Source: Myxococcota bacterium (GTDB lineage Bacteria; Myxococcota_A; UBA796; UBA2385). From it: a DNA stretch of 64,000 nt. Location of the stretch: positions 160,001 through 224,000 of the forward strand of contig JBIJDH010000005.1 of NCBI GenBank assembly GCA_044344255.1, given 5' to 3'. The notes beneath the pieces are model-generated. The model saw nothing but the letters and a program-made list of their open reading frames with translations. It was not told the DNA's origin and did no database searches. Position numbers and translations under genes: made by a program. Numbering within the stretch: position 1 is the first letter of the stretch; each line of letters begins with the position of its first letter. Shown here one piece after another: positions 17,401 to 25,989 of this stretch.

Positions 17401-18131
17401 GCCGCCAGCACGTCGATGAGCTGGCCCTGGAAGGGCTTCTTGCCGGAGATGGCCTCGTAGAGCACCACCCCGAGGGCGTACCAGTCCGAGGCGGGCGAGA
17501 GGGCGGTGCCCCAACCTTGTTCCGGTGCCATGTAGGCGATGGTGCCCACCACCTTGCTCAGCCCGGCGAGGTCCCGGGCCCGCGGTGTCAACAGGGTGAC
17601 CACGCCGAAGTCGAGGATCTTCAGTCGGCCTTCGCGGTTGACGAGCACGTTGCTCGGCTTGATGTCGCGGTGGAGGTGGCCGGTGCGGTGCAGCGCGTCG
17701 ATGCCGTCTACGAGCTGGCCGGTCAGGGAGCGCAGCGCGTCGAGCTCGACGGGGTTGAGCTGGGGATCGGCTTCTCCAGCCTCTCGTCTGCGCTCCACAC
17801 CCCGTCGGACATGCTGGACGAAGGTGCGTCCGTCTACGAGCTCCATGGTGAAGAAGCACTGACGGCCGTGGGTCTTCAGCTCGTAGAGCGTGACGAGATT
17901 GTCGTGGACGATCCCGGCCAGCGCTCGAAACTCCTGCTTGAGGCGATAGATCTCTTCGCCTTCCGGCCAGTGGAGGGTCTTGGCGGCCATACGCCGCCCG
18001 GTGGCGTCTTCGACCTCGTGCACCACGCCCATGCCGCCGGAGCCGAGGCGCCGGAGGATGCGGTATTCACCATTTCCGTCGAGAGTTTCCACGCTCGGAA
18101 GAATATGTCCCGGCGGTGCTCGCCCGGCCAA
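14403..18131 (-). CDS. Ser/Thr protein kinase + AAA/STAND-like NTPase + helical repeats
   Basis: LGSGGMG, AAK, HRDIKPSN, DFG, YMAPE; FVGR, Walker A GAAGMGKS, Walker B WIDDLQW. Exact start is uncertain. Confidence 0.9.
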   Translation of the reverse strand: MAGRAPPGHILPSVETLDGNGEYRILRRLGSGGMGVVHEVEDATGRRMAAKTLHWPEGEEIYRLKQEFRALAGIVHDNLVTLYELKTHGRQCFFTMELVDGRTFVQHVRRGVERRREAGEADPQLNPVELDALRSLTGQLVDGIDALHRTGHLHRDIKPSNVLVNREGRLKILDFGVVTLLTPRARDLAGLSKVVGTIAYMAPEQGWGTALSPASDWYALGVVLYEAISGKKPFQGQLIDVLAAKDARDLVPLRQVAPEVPPELEQLVWALLDPDPSRRPDAIGIRAALGVSRSPDLAAAPTFGEPIFVGRAEPLARLHEAFGAVRRDGAGLVQLSGAAGMGKSALVEHFLDELRQAGTAFSFTSRCHPAEHVPFQALDALIDGISRHLLQMSPLLRTRTVPPSAPGLVRLFPVLTGVPDIPWHSDEHRHGGPTEQRRRAFQALRELLGALGRDRPIVLWIDDLQWGDLDSAFALRELIRPPDAPPVLIVLSYRTEDRAEGALIGALQPDAPGMPEAPQVRIELGRLSNDEARVLVDRLLSDEGEAPVPISTLVAEGAGSPLLTAELTRSFRARAGGPPPSLQDLLRARVAALPAPARRLLEVVVVAGRPLDAAAATAAARVGDQAPRVTAQLFSAHLLRRVISGGQARLDLFQNAVREAVLASLDTPALQALHAELARSLVTLEGADPRHLIGHYLESGQTELAQAQAEVAAEQAMSTFAFHLAAEQFQLVLRLLPEGAARWHFLRRRAEALAASGLGGEAAVAFSEAARDLSRQAPNDPRRAELQRQAAEHWLRSGHLEEGLRTLESVLQGMDLSLPGNPTAALAALVLQRLRLRFRGLGYRERRAEDLEPATLQRVDACWATAVGLCWVDSVRSAVFQCRYTQLALDCGEPTRVARALGTEAAFISSEGGAPNRRRAAEALEAARRITAATADPAEAAITLICTSASTFFSARFREARDSAAAAEALLRAHRPGMTWELTNAHIFGMWSTAYLGELSHMRQRLPALLEEARERGNMLGAASLSTGLPNLAWLALDQPGQARRQADDAISLWSGESGFHTQHYMHLIARVHLDLYLGQPEAAWDRLSQAWPRMKNAQMLRLQMVRIEATHLRARVALTRLDAGTVRGTEAETLRKAIQRDARGLAAEDLPWGPNLSLSIQGALSFLSGRADEGLRLLDSAVRAFDEADMALHAAAARITLDHLGQPNPVGRAWMAREGVIDPLRLSRVLVPGWTGANPHR

Positions 18132-18247
18132 CCGCGCGCGTCGCCAGATCGACGGCTGGCCGGGCGCGGGCGGGGGTCGGCGAGAAAGTTTTGACTGCGC
18201 TTGCTTCCGGCGCCGCGACGGCTACCATGGGCGCCGGAGAGCTGCCC

Positions 18248-19183
18248 ATGTCGCGCCTCATTTCCGCGGAGCCCCCTCCTCCTGGTTCCGCCCCGCTGGA
18301 GGCGATGCCGGGGCGTTCGAGGGAGCCCGCCGAGCGCGGGCCCGGCGGCCTCCAGGTGTTCCTGCCGCACTTCCTCGCCAATGTGCTGGCGATGGTGGGT
18401 ATCGCCTGCTCGGTGTTGTGGGTGGTGCGCGGAGATCGGGCCGCCGAGCAGGTGCGCCTGGACGCGATGCAGGGCGAGCTGCGAGCGCTGCGCCAGGAGC
18501 GGGACCGGCTGAGTGACCTCACCCATGCGCTGGCCCAGGAGGCCCACGACACCGACGTCGAGGCTCGCCTCGTCCACGCGCGGCTCGAGCAGACGGAGGG
18601 GCGGCTCCAGGCCCTGACAGAGCCGTCCCGCGGTCGCGCGGCCGGTCGCTCGCGCAGCGCCGAGCTTGTCGTTGAGCTCCCGCGGCTGGCCGCCCTCGGC
18701 GCCGCCTCACCCGCTGGCGCTGCCTCGTCTGCTGCGGTCCACGCCCCGGCGGGGCTCGCGCCTGGGTTCGAGGCGCCGGCCGTCCCTGCGGTCTCTCCTG
18801 CGCGCGAGACCGGCGCCCAGGCCCTGGCCCGCGCCATCGGGGCCGGCCCCTTCGAGCCCTCGGAGGTTGAGCTCGACATCCCGCGACTCAACCCCGAACG
18901 CAGCCAGCTCGACCGCGATCGTGCCCTCGTCGCCTGGCGACAGGTGATGATCGAGGCGGCCGAGGCCGAGTGCGGCTCCTGGCGAGGCGCCGACGGGCGC
19001 TGTGAGTCGGATGTACGCTCCCACCTCTGGCCCTTCGGCCGTGAGGCGGTGGACTGCATGCTGTCGGGCAACGCCATCCCCGACTACGTGGCCCACATCC
19101 GGCCAGAGAGCACGCCCACGCACTCGATCCCGCTGCAGAACGGGGCCGTGATCCTCTGTGACGGGGCCCTCGACAACCCCTGA
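18248..19183 (+). CDS. Hypothetical bitopic membrane protein with coiled coil and Cys-containing C-terminal domain
   Basis: One TM helix, heptad-rich segment, Pro/Ala linker, four C-terminal Cys. ATG 18248 has GGAG upstream and a TTGCTT-N16-TACCAT promoter-like element. Confidence 0.65.
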   Translation: MSRLISAEPPPPGSAPLEAMPGRSREPAERGPGGLQVFLPHFLANVLAMVGIACSVLWVVRGDRAAEQVRLDAMQGELRALRQERDRLSDLTHALAQEAHDTDVEARLVHARLEQTEGRLQALTEPSRGRAAGRSRSAELVVELPRLAALGAASPAGAASSAAVHAPAGLAPGFEAPAVPAVSPARETGAQALARAIGAGPFEPSEVELDIPRLNPERSQLDRDRALVAWRQVMIEAAEAECGSWRGADGRCESDVRSHLWPFGREAVDCMLSGNAIPDYVAHIRPESTPTHSIPLQNGAVILCDGALDNP

Positions 19184-19299
19184 CGCTCGACAGGCCCATC
19201 CCGTGAATAGCCGAAGCTTCGGGGCCTCCGGCGGGAGTCGGCGCTTGACGAGGGGTGAGCGGGGGCATAGGCCGTGCCCCCTGTACGACGGGAGCGTGT

Positions 19300-19620
19300 A
19301 TGGCCCGAATCACGGTCGAAGATTGTCTGGAACAGATCCCCAACCGCTTCTCGCTGGTGCTGGTCGCCGCTGAGCGCGCGAAGCAGCTCCTCAAGGGCGT
19401 GGACCCGCTCATTGAGGATGGGCGCACCAACAAGGAGGTGGTCACCGCGCTTCGAGAGATCGCGGCCGGTCGTGTGCACGCCGATCTCTCGTCCTTCGAT
19501 GAGAACGAGTCGCTGCGGAGCTTCGCCGGTCCCGCCTCTCGGGAAGACCTCCCGCCCGCCGCCGACGAGGACGACCTCCCCCCCGCTGCCGATGACGACC
19601 TCCCGCCGGCCGCTGATTGA
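19300..19620 (+). CDS. rpoZ: RNA polymerase omega subunit
   Basis: [10 protein letters not shown]...[17 protein letters not shown]...[12 protein letters not shown]. Confidence 0.97.
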   Translation: MARITVEDCLEQIPNRFSLVLVAAERAKQLLKGVDPLIEDGRTNKEVVTALREIAAGRVHADLSSFDENESLRSFAGPASREDLPPAADEDDLPPAADDDLPPAAD

Positions 19621-19652
19621 TCAGAGACCCTGCAGGGTCCTCGGAGTACGCC

Positions 19653-19862
19653 ATGGAAAAGAAACTCGAAGCCCTCTTCGACAACCGCGTCGTCGAACGT
19701 CACATCGGCAAGGGCCTCACCGACCAGGCTGCGTATGAGGCGTATCTCGCCTCTCTGGAAGACGTGGCCGACAAGGCTCGTAATTCCGACGTGAAGTTCA
19801 CGCACTCGGGCTTCGGCCGGCGCGGCCGCACCTACCCGCTCTCGACCGACACCTCGGACTGA
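19653..19862 (+). CDS. Small conserved-looking hypothetical protein
   Basis: GGAG plus ATG; LFDNRVVERHIGKG...YEAYLASLED; codon bias typical of real genes here. Confidence 0.7.
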   Translation: MEKKLEALFDNRVVERHIGKGLTDQAAYEAYLASLEDVADKARNSDVKFTHSGFGRRGRTYPLSTDTSD

Positions 19863-19892
19863 GCGTTCGGGCGGGGAGCGCGCCGGCTCCGC

Positions 19893-21293
19893 TTAGACCT
19901 CGGTAGAGGCCTCTCCTTCGGCGGCGGAGGTCGCCGCGCCGGGGCGAGCGCCGCGTGGGAGGAGCCAGCGGCCCAAGAGATAGCCGCCGACCCCCGTCAC
20001 GCTGGAGGCCCCGAGTACCGCCAGCTTCGCGGTCTCCAGCGTCGGGCCCGGTGGGAAGGCGAGCTGGGCGATGAAGAGGGCCATGGTGAAGCCGATGCCG
20101 GCGACGCCGCCCACGACGGTGATGTCGGTCCAGCGTATGCCGCGGGGCAGCGCGGCGAGGCCGAGCGCCGTGGCTAAGCGCGCCAGGGTGAAGACGCCGA
20201 CGGCCTTACCCACCGCGAGGCCGACCGCGATGCCCGCGAAGACGCGCCAGCCTCCCCCCTGGAGGTTGAGGGATCCGAGCGAGACGCCCGCGTTCGCGGC
20301 GGCGAAGAGGGGCATGACCAGCCAGGCGACCCAGCCGTGGAGGGCGTGCTCGAGCCGCTCGACCGGCGAGATCGCCTCTCTCGCCGCTCGGGAGACCGTG
20401 TCGAGCTCCTCTTGGATGTCGAACCCACCCTCCCGGGTGACCTCCCGCACCCGCCGCGCGGCCTCCTCCGCTGCATCCGCGAAGGCGTTCGGACCGAGCC
20501 ACACGCCCACGGGGGTGGCCAGGCCGATGAGCACGCCGGCGAGGGTGGGGTGCACCCCCGAGGCGTAGGTGGCGCCCCAGGTGAGGAGCGCGGGCCCGAC
20601 GTAGGCGGCGGTGCTCCGGACCCCGAAGAGCTGAAGCCCGCCAATGGCCGCGAGCCCGAGGCCCGCGAGCCCGAGGGCGCCCGGGTGGACACCTCCCGAG
20701 TAGAACAGCGCGATGACGACGATGGCGCCCACATCGTCGATGACGGCGAGGGCGAGCAGCAGGACGCGGAGCGCGGGGGGGACCCGGTCGCCGAGGAGGG
20801 TGAGGGCGCCGACCGCGAAGGCGATGTCGGTGGCCATCGGCACTCCCCAGCCGGCCGCGGCGACGGTGCCGGCGTTGAAGGCCACGTAGATGAGCGCCGG
20901 GACGATCATGCCACCCAAGGCCGCCGCGATCGGCAAGGCGGCCCGGCGGAGCTCACTCAGCTCTCCGCGGTAGGCCTCTCGGCGGATCTCGAGGCCGACC
21001 ACGAAGAAGAAGACCGTCATCAGGCCGTCGTTCACCCACCAGCGGAGGTCGCGGGAGAAGGAGAACGGGCCGAGATTGAAGCCAAGGGGGGTGGTCCAGA
21101 GCGCCTCGTAGAGGTTCGCCCAGGGTGTGTTGGCCCAGACCAGCGCGGCGGTGGCAGCGCAGAGGAGGACGACGCTGCTCGCGGCCTCGACCGCGAGGAA
21201 GCGCTCCACCGGCGCCCGAAACAGGCGGGCGAGGCGACGGGCGGGCGACCAGGAGCGGGGAGGGGCCGAGGTGGGGCCCGGAGGAGCGCGCAT
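19893..21293 (-). CDS. nhaA: Na+/H+ antiporter NhaA
   Basis: WVNDGLMTVFFFVVGLEIRRE, GWGVPMATDIAFA, LAVIDD, GVHPTLAG, AGIGFTMALFI. Confidence 0.96.
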   Translation of the reverse strand: MRAPPGPTSAPPRSWSPARRLARLFRAPVERFLAVEAASSVVLLCAATAALVWANTPWANLYEALWTTPLGFNLGPFSFSRDLRWWVNDGLMTVFFFVVGLEIRREAYRGELSELRRAALPIAAALGGMIVPALIYVAFNAGTVAAAGWGVPMATDIAFAVGALTLLGDRVPPALRVLLLALAVIDDVGAIVVIALFYSGGVHPGALGLAGLGLAAIGGLQLFGVRSTAAYVGPALLTWGATYASGVHPTLAGVLIGLATPVGVWLGPNAFADAAEEAARRVREVTREGGFDIQEELDTVSRAAREAISPVERLEHALHGWVAWLVMPLFAAANAGVSLGSLNLQGGGWRVFAGIAVGLAVGKAVGVFTLARLATALGLAALPRGIRWTDITVVGGVAGIGFTMALFIAQLAFPPGPTLETAKLAVLGASSVTGVGGYLLGRWLLPRGARPGAATSAAEGEASTEV

Positions 21294-21364
21294 GGCGACC
21301 TCTCGTGGCTGGCGGCCCGACCAGCGCTGATCCTGCAACGAAGACCGCTGCACCCGTCTGTCGG

Positions 21365-21976
21365 CTATTTTGCGGGCGCAGCTTTGTCGACGGGGCAGGA
21401 GAGGCGGGCGACCAGCGCCGGCAGACCGATCAGCGCCCGACCGCGGTGGCTGACGCGGTTCTTCTCCGCCATCGAGAGGTCAGCCATGCAGCGGCCGGGG
21501 ACCTCGTCGGGCCAGAAGAGGGGGTCGTATCCGAAGCCCTGGCTGCCTTGGGGCAGGTGGCCGATGTGGCCCTCGCAGGCGCCCGAGAGGGTGGCTTCGC
21601 CGCCGGGGCCGACCACCGCGATCACGCAGCGAAAGCGCGCCCGCCGATCGGTGACGCCGTCCAAGGCCCGCAGCAGCGCTCGATTGTTGGAGGCCGCCGT
21701 GGCCTCCGGCGTGTACCGCTTGGAGTGAACCCCGGGGGCGCCGCTAAGGGCCTCCACTTCGAGACCGGAGTCGTCTGCGACCGAGAGGAGCCCGGTCTCG
21801 GCGTAGACAAAGCGGGCCTTCTGGAGCGCGTTCGCCTCGAAGGTGTCGCCGTCCTCGGGGGGCTCGGGCACTCGGGGGTGCACGTCGAGCCCCTCGACCT
21901 GGAGGGGCTGCCCCGCGAAGAACGCTGCCACTTCCTCAAGCTTGTGGGCGTTCGTGGTGGCGAGGAGGATGCGCAT
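21365..21976 (-). CDS. rdgB: Non-canonical purine NTP pyrophosphatase (RdgB/HAM1)
   Basis: LATTNAHKLEE, TFEANALQKA, ADDSGL, PGVHSKR, GFGYDPLF, KNRVSHRGRA. Confidence 0.96.
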   Translation of the reverse strand: MRILLATTNAHKLEEVAAFFAGQPLQVEGLDVHPRVPEPPEDGDTFEANALQKARFVYAETGLLSVADDSGLEVEALSGAPGVHSKRYTPEATAASNNRALLRALDGVTDRRARFRCVIAVVGPGGEATLSGACEGHIGHLPQGSQGFGYDPLFWPDEVPGRCMADLSMAEKNRVSHRGRALIGLPALVARLSCPVDKAAPAK

Positions 21977-21996
21977 GGGACGCTCCGACGGGGCGC

Positions 21997-23346
21997 TCAG
22001 GTGGCGCCGGCGTAACGCCGCGCCTTGTCGATGCGGCTCCGGCACTTCTCGATGCCGAGCAAGGCCAGCACCGGGGCGAGCTGGGGGCCCTCGCGGTTGC
22101 CGGTGAGCACCATGCGCAGCGTGCCCAGCGCGCGTCCCGGAGCTTCGGCCTTGGCGCGGAAGCGGAGCACGGCCTCTTGCCACTCGGCGTCGCTGCCGGT
22201 GGTGACCACCTCCAGCGCCCGCTCGAATTCGGTCACCAGGGCCTGCGTGGTGGGCAGGCGGATGGTGCGGGCCATGTCCTTGTCGTAGTCCACTGTCGGG
22301 ATGAGCAGCAGGGAGGCCAGCAGCTCGGCGTCGGCCAACGTGTTCATCTCGGCGGTCGCGGTGGCGACGAAGCGGGCCTGCCAGCCGGCCTCGCGCTCGG
22401 CGATGGGGTAACCGCGGCGGGTGAGGTGCTCAGAGACGGCCTGGATGCGCTCGGCCTCGGGTAGGGCCCGGAGCACCGCGCCGTTGGCGGAGCGGAGGGA
22501 GGCGACGTCGAGGTCGGGGACGACGCTCGCGAGGTCGGTGAGCGAGAAGCGGGCCGCCATCGCGGCGACGTCGATGTCATCGCCCGGATCCCAGCCGGCG
22601 CGAGCGATGGCCTGAATCACAGCGCGGGGGTGGTAGCCGCCCGCCCGCAGCTCACCGATGGCCAGCGCACCGGCGGTGCCCTTCCATTCGGGGAGGATGG
22701 CGAGGCGGGGGAGCTCCCAGCCGAGGGCCTTGGCGATGATCGCCCGGTAGGGGATCTCGGCGGCGAAGCGCTCTTCGACCATCCCGATGTCGGCCTTGGC
22801 GACCTGATCGTCGACCAGGGCGGCGAAGGCGGGCATCGGCCCCCCCTCGCTCCGCGTGAGCGCGAAGTCGAAGTCGGGGGCGGCCGTGGAGCTGCGCCCC
22901 TCGACCGTGGTGATGGTGACGGAGGTACCGGGAGGCACGATCAGCCGGATGCTCGGCGCGCGCCCGCCCTTTCGGAGGGCCTTGCGGTCATCCTCGGAGA
23001 GGAGCCGGCAGCGGCCGTCGTATTGCACCGCCTCCGGGATCCCGGAGCTGTTCGGCTGCATCTCACGGAACTCGGTCGCACCGCAGAAGCACTGGTAGGC
23101 GTGCCCGCTGGCGATGAGCCCGTCGCAGGTCGCGGCGTAGCGGTCCACGCGGGGAGCGCTGGTCATGCCGTCTGGCTCGACGCCGAGCCAGGCGAGGTCG
23201 TCGAGGGCGGCGGGGCTCTCGTTGGAGGCCACGACGTGGCCGCCCTGGGCGCGGGTCCAGAGCGTGCTGAAGAGGCTGAGGCGAGCCTGGGCCAGATCCA
23301 GCGATCGACCCGGCAGGAAGTGCAGGCGGAGGCGCAGCTCGGACAG
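21997..23346 (-). CDS. Glutamyl-tRNA synthetase-like protein with degenerate active-site motifs
   Basis: LDDLAWLG, HAYQCFC, YDGRCR, DFALTRSEG, ALVDD, GYHP.A, LRMVLTG...GPQL follow GluRS order through the anticodon-binding domain. The frame extends 38 codons above the ORF-track start to a CTG at 23346 with GGAG upstream. Confidence 0.8.
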   Translation of the reverse strand: MSELRLRLHFLPGRSLDLAQARLSLFSTLWTRAQGGHVVASNESPAALDDLAWLGVEPDGMTSAPRVDRYAATCDGLIASGHAYQCFCGATEFREMQPNSSGIPEAVQYDGRCRLLSEDDRKALRKGGRAPSIRLIVPPGTSVTITTVEGRSSTAAPDFDFALTRSEGGPMPAFAALVDDQVAKADIGMVEERFAAEIPYRAIIAKALGWELPRLAILPEWKGTAGALAIGELRAGGYHPRAVIQAIARAGWDPGDDIDVAAMAARFSLTDLASVVPDLDVASLRSANGAVLRALPEAERIQAVSEHLTRRGYPIAEREAGWQARFVATATAEMNTLADAELLASLLLIPTVDYDKDMARTIRLPTTQALVTEFERALEVVTTGSDAEWQEAVLRFRAKAEAPGRALGTLRMVLTGNREGPQLAPVLALLGIEKCRSRIDKARRYAGAT

Positions 23347-23376
23347 GGGGTGCTCCGGGATCGGCGGGGTTCGCGA

Positions 23377-23880
23377 TCAGGCCGTGGCGGGCGGCGGGGT
23401 GAAGATCTGACCGATCTCGTCCTGGATCGTCTTCTCATCGGTGTCTTTGGCCACCGAGATCTCCTGTACGAGCAGGCTGTGCGCCTGATCGTACATCTTG
23501 CGCTCCCCGAAGGAGAGGTTCTTGTCCATGCGGAGCAGCGCGAGGTCACGGAGGACCTTGGCTACCTCGATGGGATCGCCGGTCTGGATCTTGTTGAGGT
23601 ACTCGCGATACCGCCGATTCCAGGTTTGGTTGTCGGTGGGCACGTCGCGGTCGCGGAGGACCTCGTAGACCTTGTCGACCTGGACCAACGAGATCACGCC
23701 GCGCATGCCGAGCGCGCTCGCGTTCTGGACGGGGACGCGGATCGTCATCCCGTTGTCGAGGATCTTGAGGACGTACATCGTCTGGCGGATGCCGTCGTAA
23801 TCAGAGGTCTCGACGCCTTTGATGACCCCGACACCGTGACCCGGGTAGACTGCCTTGTCCCCGACCTTGAAGTCCATCAT
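23377..23880 (-). CDS. carD: CarD/CdnL-family RNA polymerase-binding transcription factor
   Basis: FKVGDKAVYPGHGVG, QTWNRRYR, LSFGERKM; 167 aa with no HMGA-like tail, i.e. CdnL type. Confidence 0.95.
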   Translation of the reverse strand: MMDFKVGDKAVYPGHGVGVIKGVETSDYDGIRQTMYVLKILDNGMTIRVPVQNASALGMRGVISLVQVDKVYEVLRDRDVPTDNQTWNRRYREYLNKIQTGDPIEVAKVLRDLALLRMDKNLSFGERKMYDQAHSLLVQEISVAKDTDEKTIQDEIGQIFTPPPATA

Positions 23881-24054
23881 CCACTCCACAATGCGACCCA
23901 CAATGCGACCAGGGACCCTCAAGACCGAGCGGTGATGGCTCGATCAGATCCGCAGGCTCCCTCTGTTCGCCGACTTTTCCGGAGCCTGGCACCTCGTTGG
24001 AGGAGCGACGAGCGGTTCCGGTTCTGCGAAGCCGAGGTATTCTGCGGCGGGCGC

Positions 24055-24082
24055 ATTATATGCACCGGCCGCCGTTGGTCAA
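24055..24082 (-). promoter_or_regulatory. Near-consensus sigma70 promoter for the carD operon
   Basis: Minus strand reads TTGACC-N16-TATAAT followed by a GC-rich discriminator (GCGCCCGC). Confidence 0.8.
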
Positions 24083-24133
24083 CCCTCTGCAAGCGCTTGG
24101 TTGAAGGGAGCCCTGGACCGTGGGGTCTGCCCG

Positions 24134-25141
24134 ATGAGCCCGCTCTCCCGCCTGGTCGTCGCGCCCGTGCTGCGCCCGATGTTGTTGTCCTGGGGGGCGA
24201 TCACCGGCCTCGGCCTTGCCTTGTTCGCGGCGCAGGCCCTGGCTCGAGCCCCTGTGCTGCCCTCGCCGGTGGGGGCGCTCTGGGTGCTGCTCGGCTTGCT
24301 CCCCGCGGTGGCCGCGGTGGGGCTGCCGGTGAGCCTGCTCTTCGGGGTGGTGGCCGCCGCCGAGCGGAAGGCCCGCGAGGGGGAGTGGTTGGCCCTCGCC
24401 GCCTCGGGGCTGCCGGCTCGCCGCCTCGCGCCCCCCTTGCTCGTGCTCGGTTTGGTCGGCGGGATCGTCGAGGCCGGCCTGACCCACGGGCTCGAGCCGA
24501 TGGGGAGGGCGACCGTGCGCCGTGCGCTCGAGGGGGCCGTGTCGGAGCTCCGGCTGCAGCCGGGGCAGCCCGCGGTGATCGGCGAGCTGCTGCTGCTGGC
24601 GGGTGGGGTGGAGGGGCCGCGGATGACCGACCTCTTCGTCGCCGTCGGGGACACCGCGCTCGCCGCGCGAGGGGGGCGGGTGGAGGCGGGCGTGCTGGTC
24701 GTGACCGACGGCGAGGCCGAGGGCCGCGGGGCGGGCGGTGGGGCCTCTCTCTGGTCGCTCACCTTCGAGCGCGCCCGCCTCCCGCTCGCGGCGGGTGGCC
24801 TGCGGGTGGAGGCGGCGGAGCGAGACGACCGCGCGCTGCTCGACCTCATCGACCGGATGGAGGCGAAGGGGCGGCGAGCCGACTTCGAGCGGATGACGCT
24901 CTACAAGCGCAGCGCCCTGCCCCTGTCGGTGCCGCTGCTCACCCTGCTCGGGCTCCCGCTCGGCGCTCGGCGGGCGCGCCCGGCCTTGGTCGCGGCGGGG
25001 ACGGTGCTCGGGTGGTGGGTGTTGATGCGGCTCAGCGATCAGTCGGTCTCGACGGTGGGGGCCCTCTTGGCGAGCGGGATCCCGCCAACTGCGCTCGCGA
25101 TCGCCGCCCTGGTGGGCTGGTCGCGCTGGGGGGCGCGTTGA
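24134..25141 (+). CDS. LptF/LptG-family permease
   Basis: Three N-terminal TMs, LPVSLLFG, EGEWLALAASGL, periplasmic beta segment, three C-terminal TMs (LLGLPLG). Confidence 0.8.
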   Translation: MSPLSRLVVAPVLRPMLLSWGAITGLGLALFAAQALARAPVLPSPVGALWVLLGLLPAVAAVGLPVSLLFGVVAAAERKAREGEWLALAASGLPARRLAPPLLVLGLVGGIVEAGLTHGLEPMGRATVRRALEGAVSELRLQPGQPAVIGELLLLAGGVEGPRMTDLFVAVGDTALAARGGRVEAGVLVVTDGEAEGRGAGGGASLWSLTFERARLPLAAGGLRVEAAERDDRALLDLIDRMEAKGRRADFERMTLYKRSALPLSVPLLTLLGLPLGARRARPALVAAGTVLGWWVLMRLSDQSVSTVGALLASGIPPTALAIAALVGWSRWGAR

Positions 25142-25971
25142 CCGCCCCCCGCCTCGTCTTCAGAGCGGTGTTCGGCTGGACCGCCCTGGTGCTGCTGCTG
25201 GCCCTCGGCCTCGTCACGTTGACCACCGCCGTCGAGACGACGGCCTCGGCCCCGCACGCACTCCTCGCCGCCCTCCTCCGCGGCCCGGGCCTGCTGCTCC
25301 CGCTGCTCCCTGCGGCGGTGGGCCTCGGCGCGGGCCTCGCGGCGGCGCGGATGGAGGCGCGGGGTGAGCGCGCGGCGCTCCAGGCCTCGGGCCTCGGGCC
25401 AGGGCGCACGGGGCGGGCGGCGGCGGCGGCGGGGCTGCTCTGGGCCCTGCTGGGGGCGGGGCTCCAGGGCGGCCTCGTCTGGCCGGCGGAGCGCGCGGCC
25501 CGGGCCTGGGTGCCGGCGCCCACCGCCGACTGGGTGCTGCTCGACGGCCTCGCCCTCCGCCCCGCGGACGAGACCGCGATCCGGGTCGGCGAGGGTCGGC
25601 TCGAGCGGGTGGCCGCGGGGGAGATCGATCCCGCCCGCTTCGTCGAGGCCCGGGAGCTCGAGCGCCCCGCCCAGAGCCGCCTCCCGCTGCTGTGGTCCCA
25701 CGGCGGCCCGGCCGGCCTCCGAGAGCTCCAGGGTCGAGGCGGGCGGCTGGTCCAGGCGGGCCTCTTGGCCTGGCTCTGCTGGCTGCCCCTCGGCCGCTCA
25801 CCGGGGTCGCAGGTGGGCCTCGCCTTGCTGCTCAGCCTCGGGCTCTGCGGTGGGGACCTCCTCTTCGGCGCCCTCGCTGCCCAGGGCCGCCTCGGTGGGC
25901 TCGTCGCCGTGGGCCTGCCGGTCGTCATCCTCTCCGCGATCCTGGTCTTCGGCCTGCGCCGGCGCGGCTGA
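25138..25971 (+). CDS. LptF/LptG-family permease (short, divergent)
   Basis: TTG start overlapping the previous stop codon; LLPAAVGLG, RGERAALQASGL; six TM segments. This is the real 3' part of track ORF 22630..25971. Confidence 0.7.
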   Translation: MTAPRLVFRAVFGWTALVLLLALGLVTLTTAVETTASAPHALLAALLRGPGLLLPLLPAAVGLGAGLAAARMEARGERAALQASGLGPGRTGRAAAAAGLLWALLGAGLQGGLVWPAERAARAWVPAPTADWVLLDGLALRPADETAIRVGEGRLERVAAGEIDPARFVEARELERPAQSRLPLLWSHGGPAGLRELQGRGGRLVQAGLLAWLCWLPLGRSPGSQVGLALLLSLGLCGGDLLFGALAAQGRLGGLVAVGLPVVILSAILVFGLRRRG

Positions 25972-25989
25972 TCGGCGCGCGGGAGCGGT

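Noticed and set aside
22630..25137. N-terminal part of the 1113-aa track ORF
   Set aside because: Overlaps the GluRS-like gene, carD and lptF-like gene in other frames; only the part from TTG 25138 looks coding.
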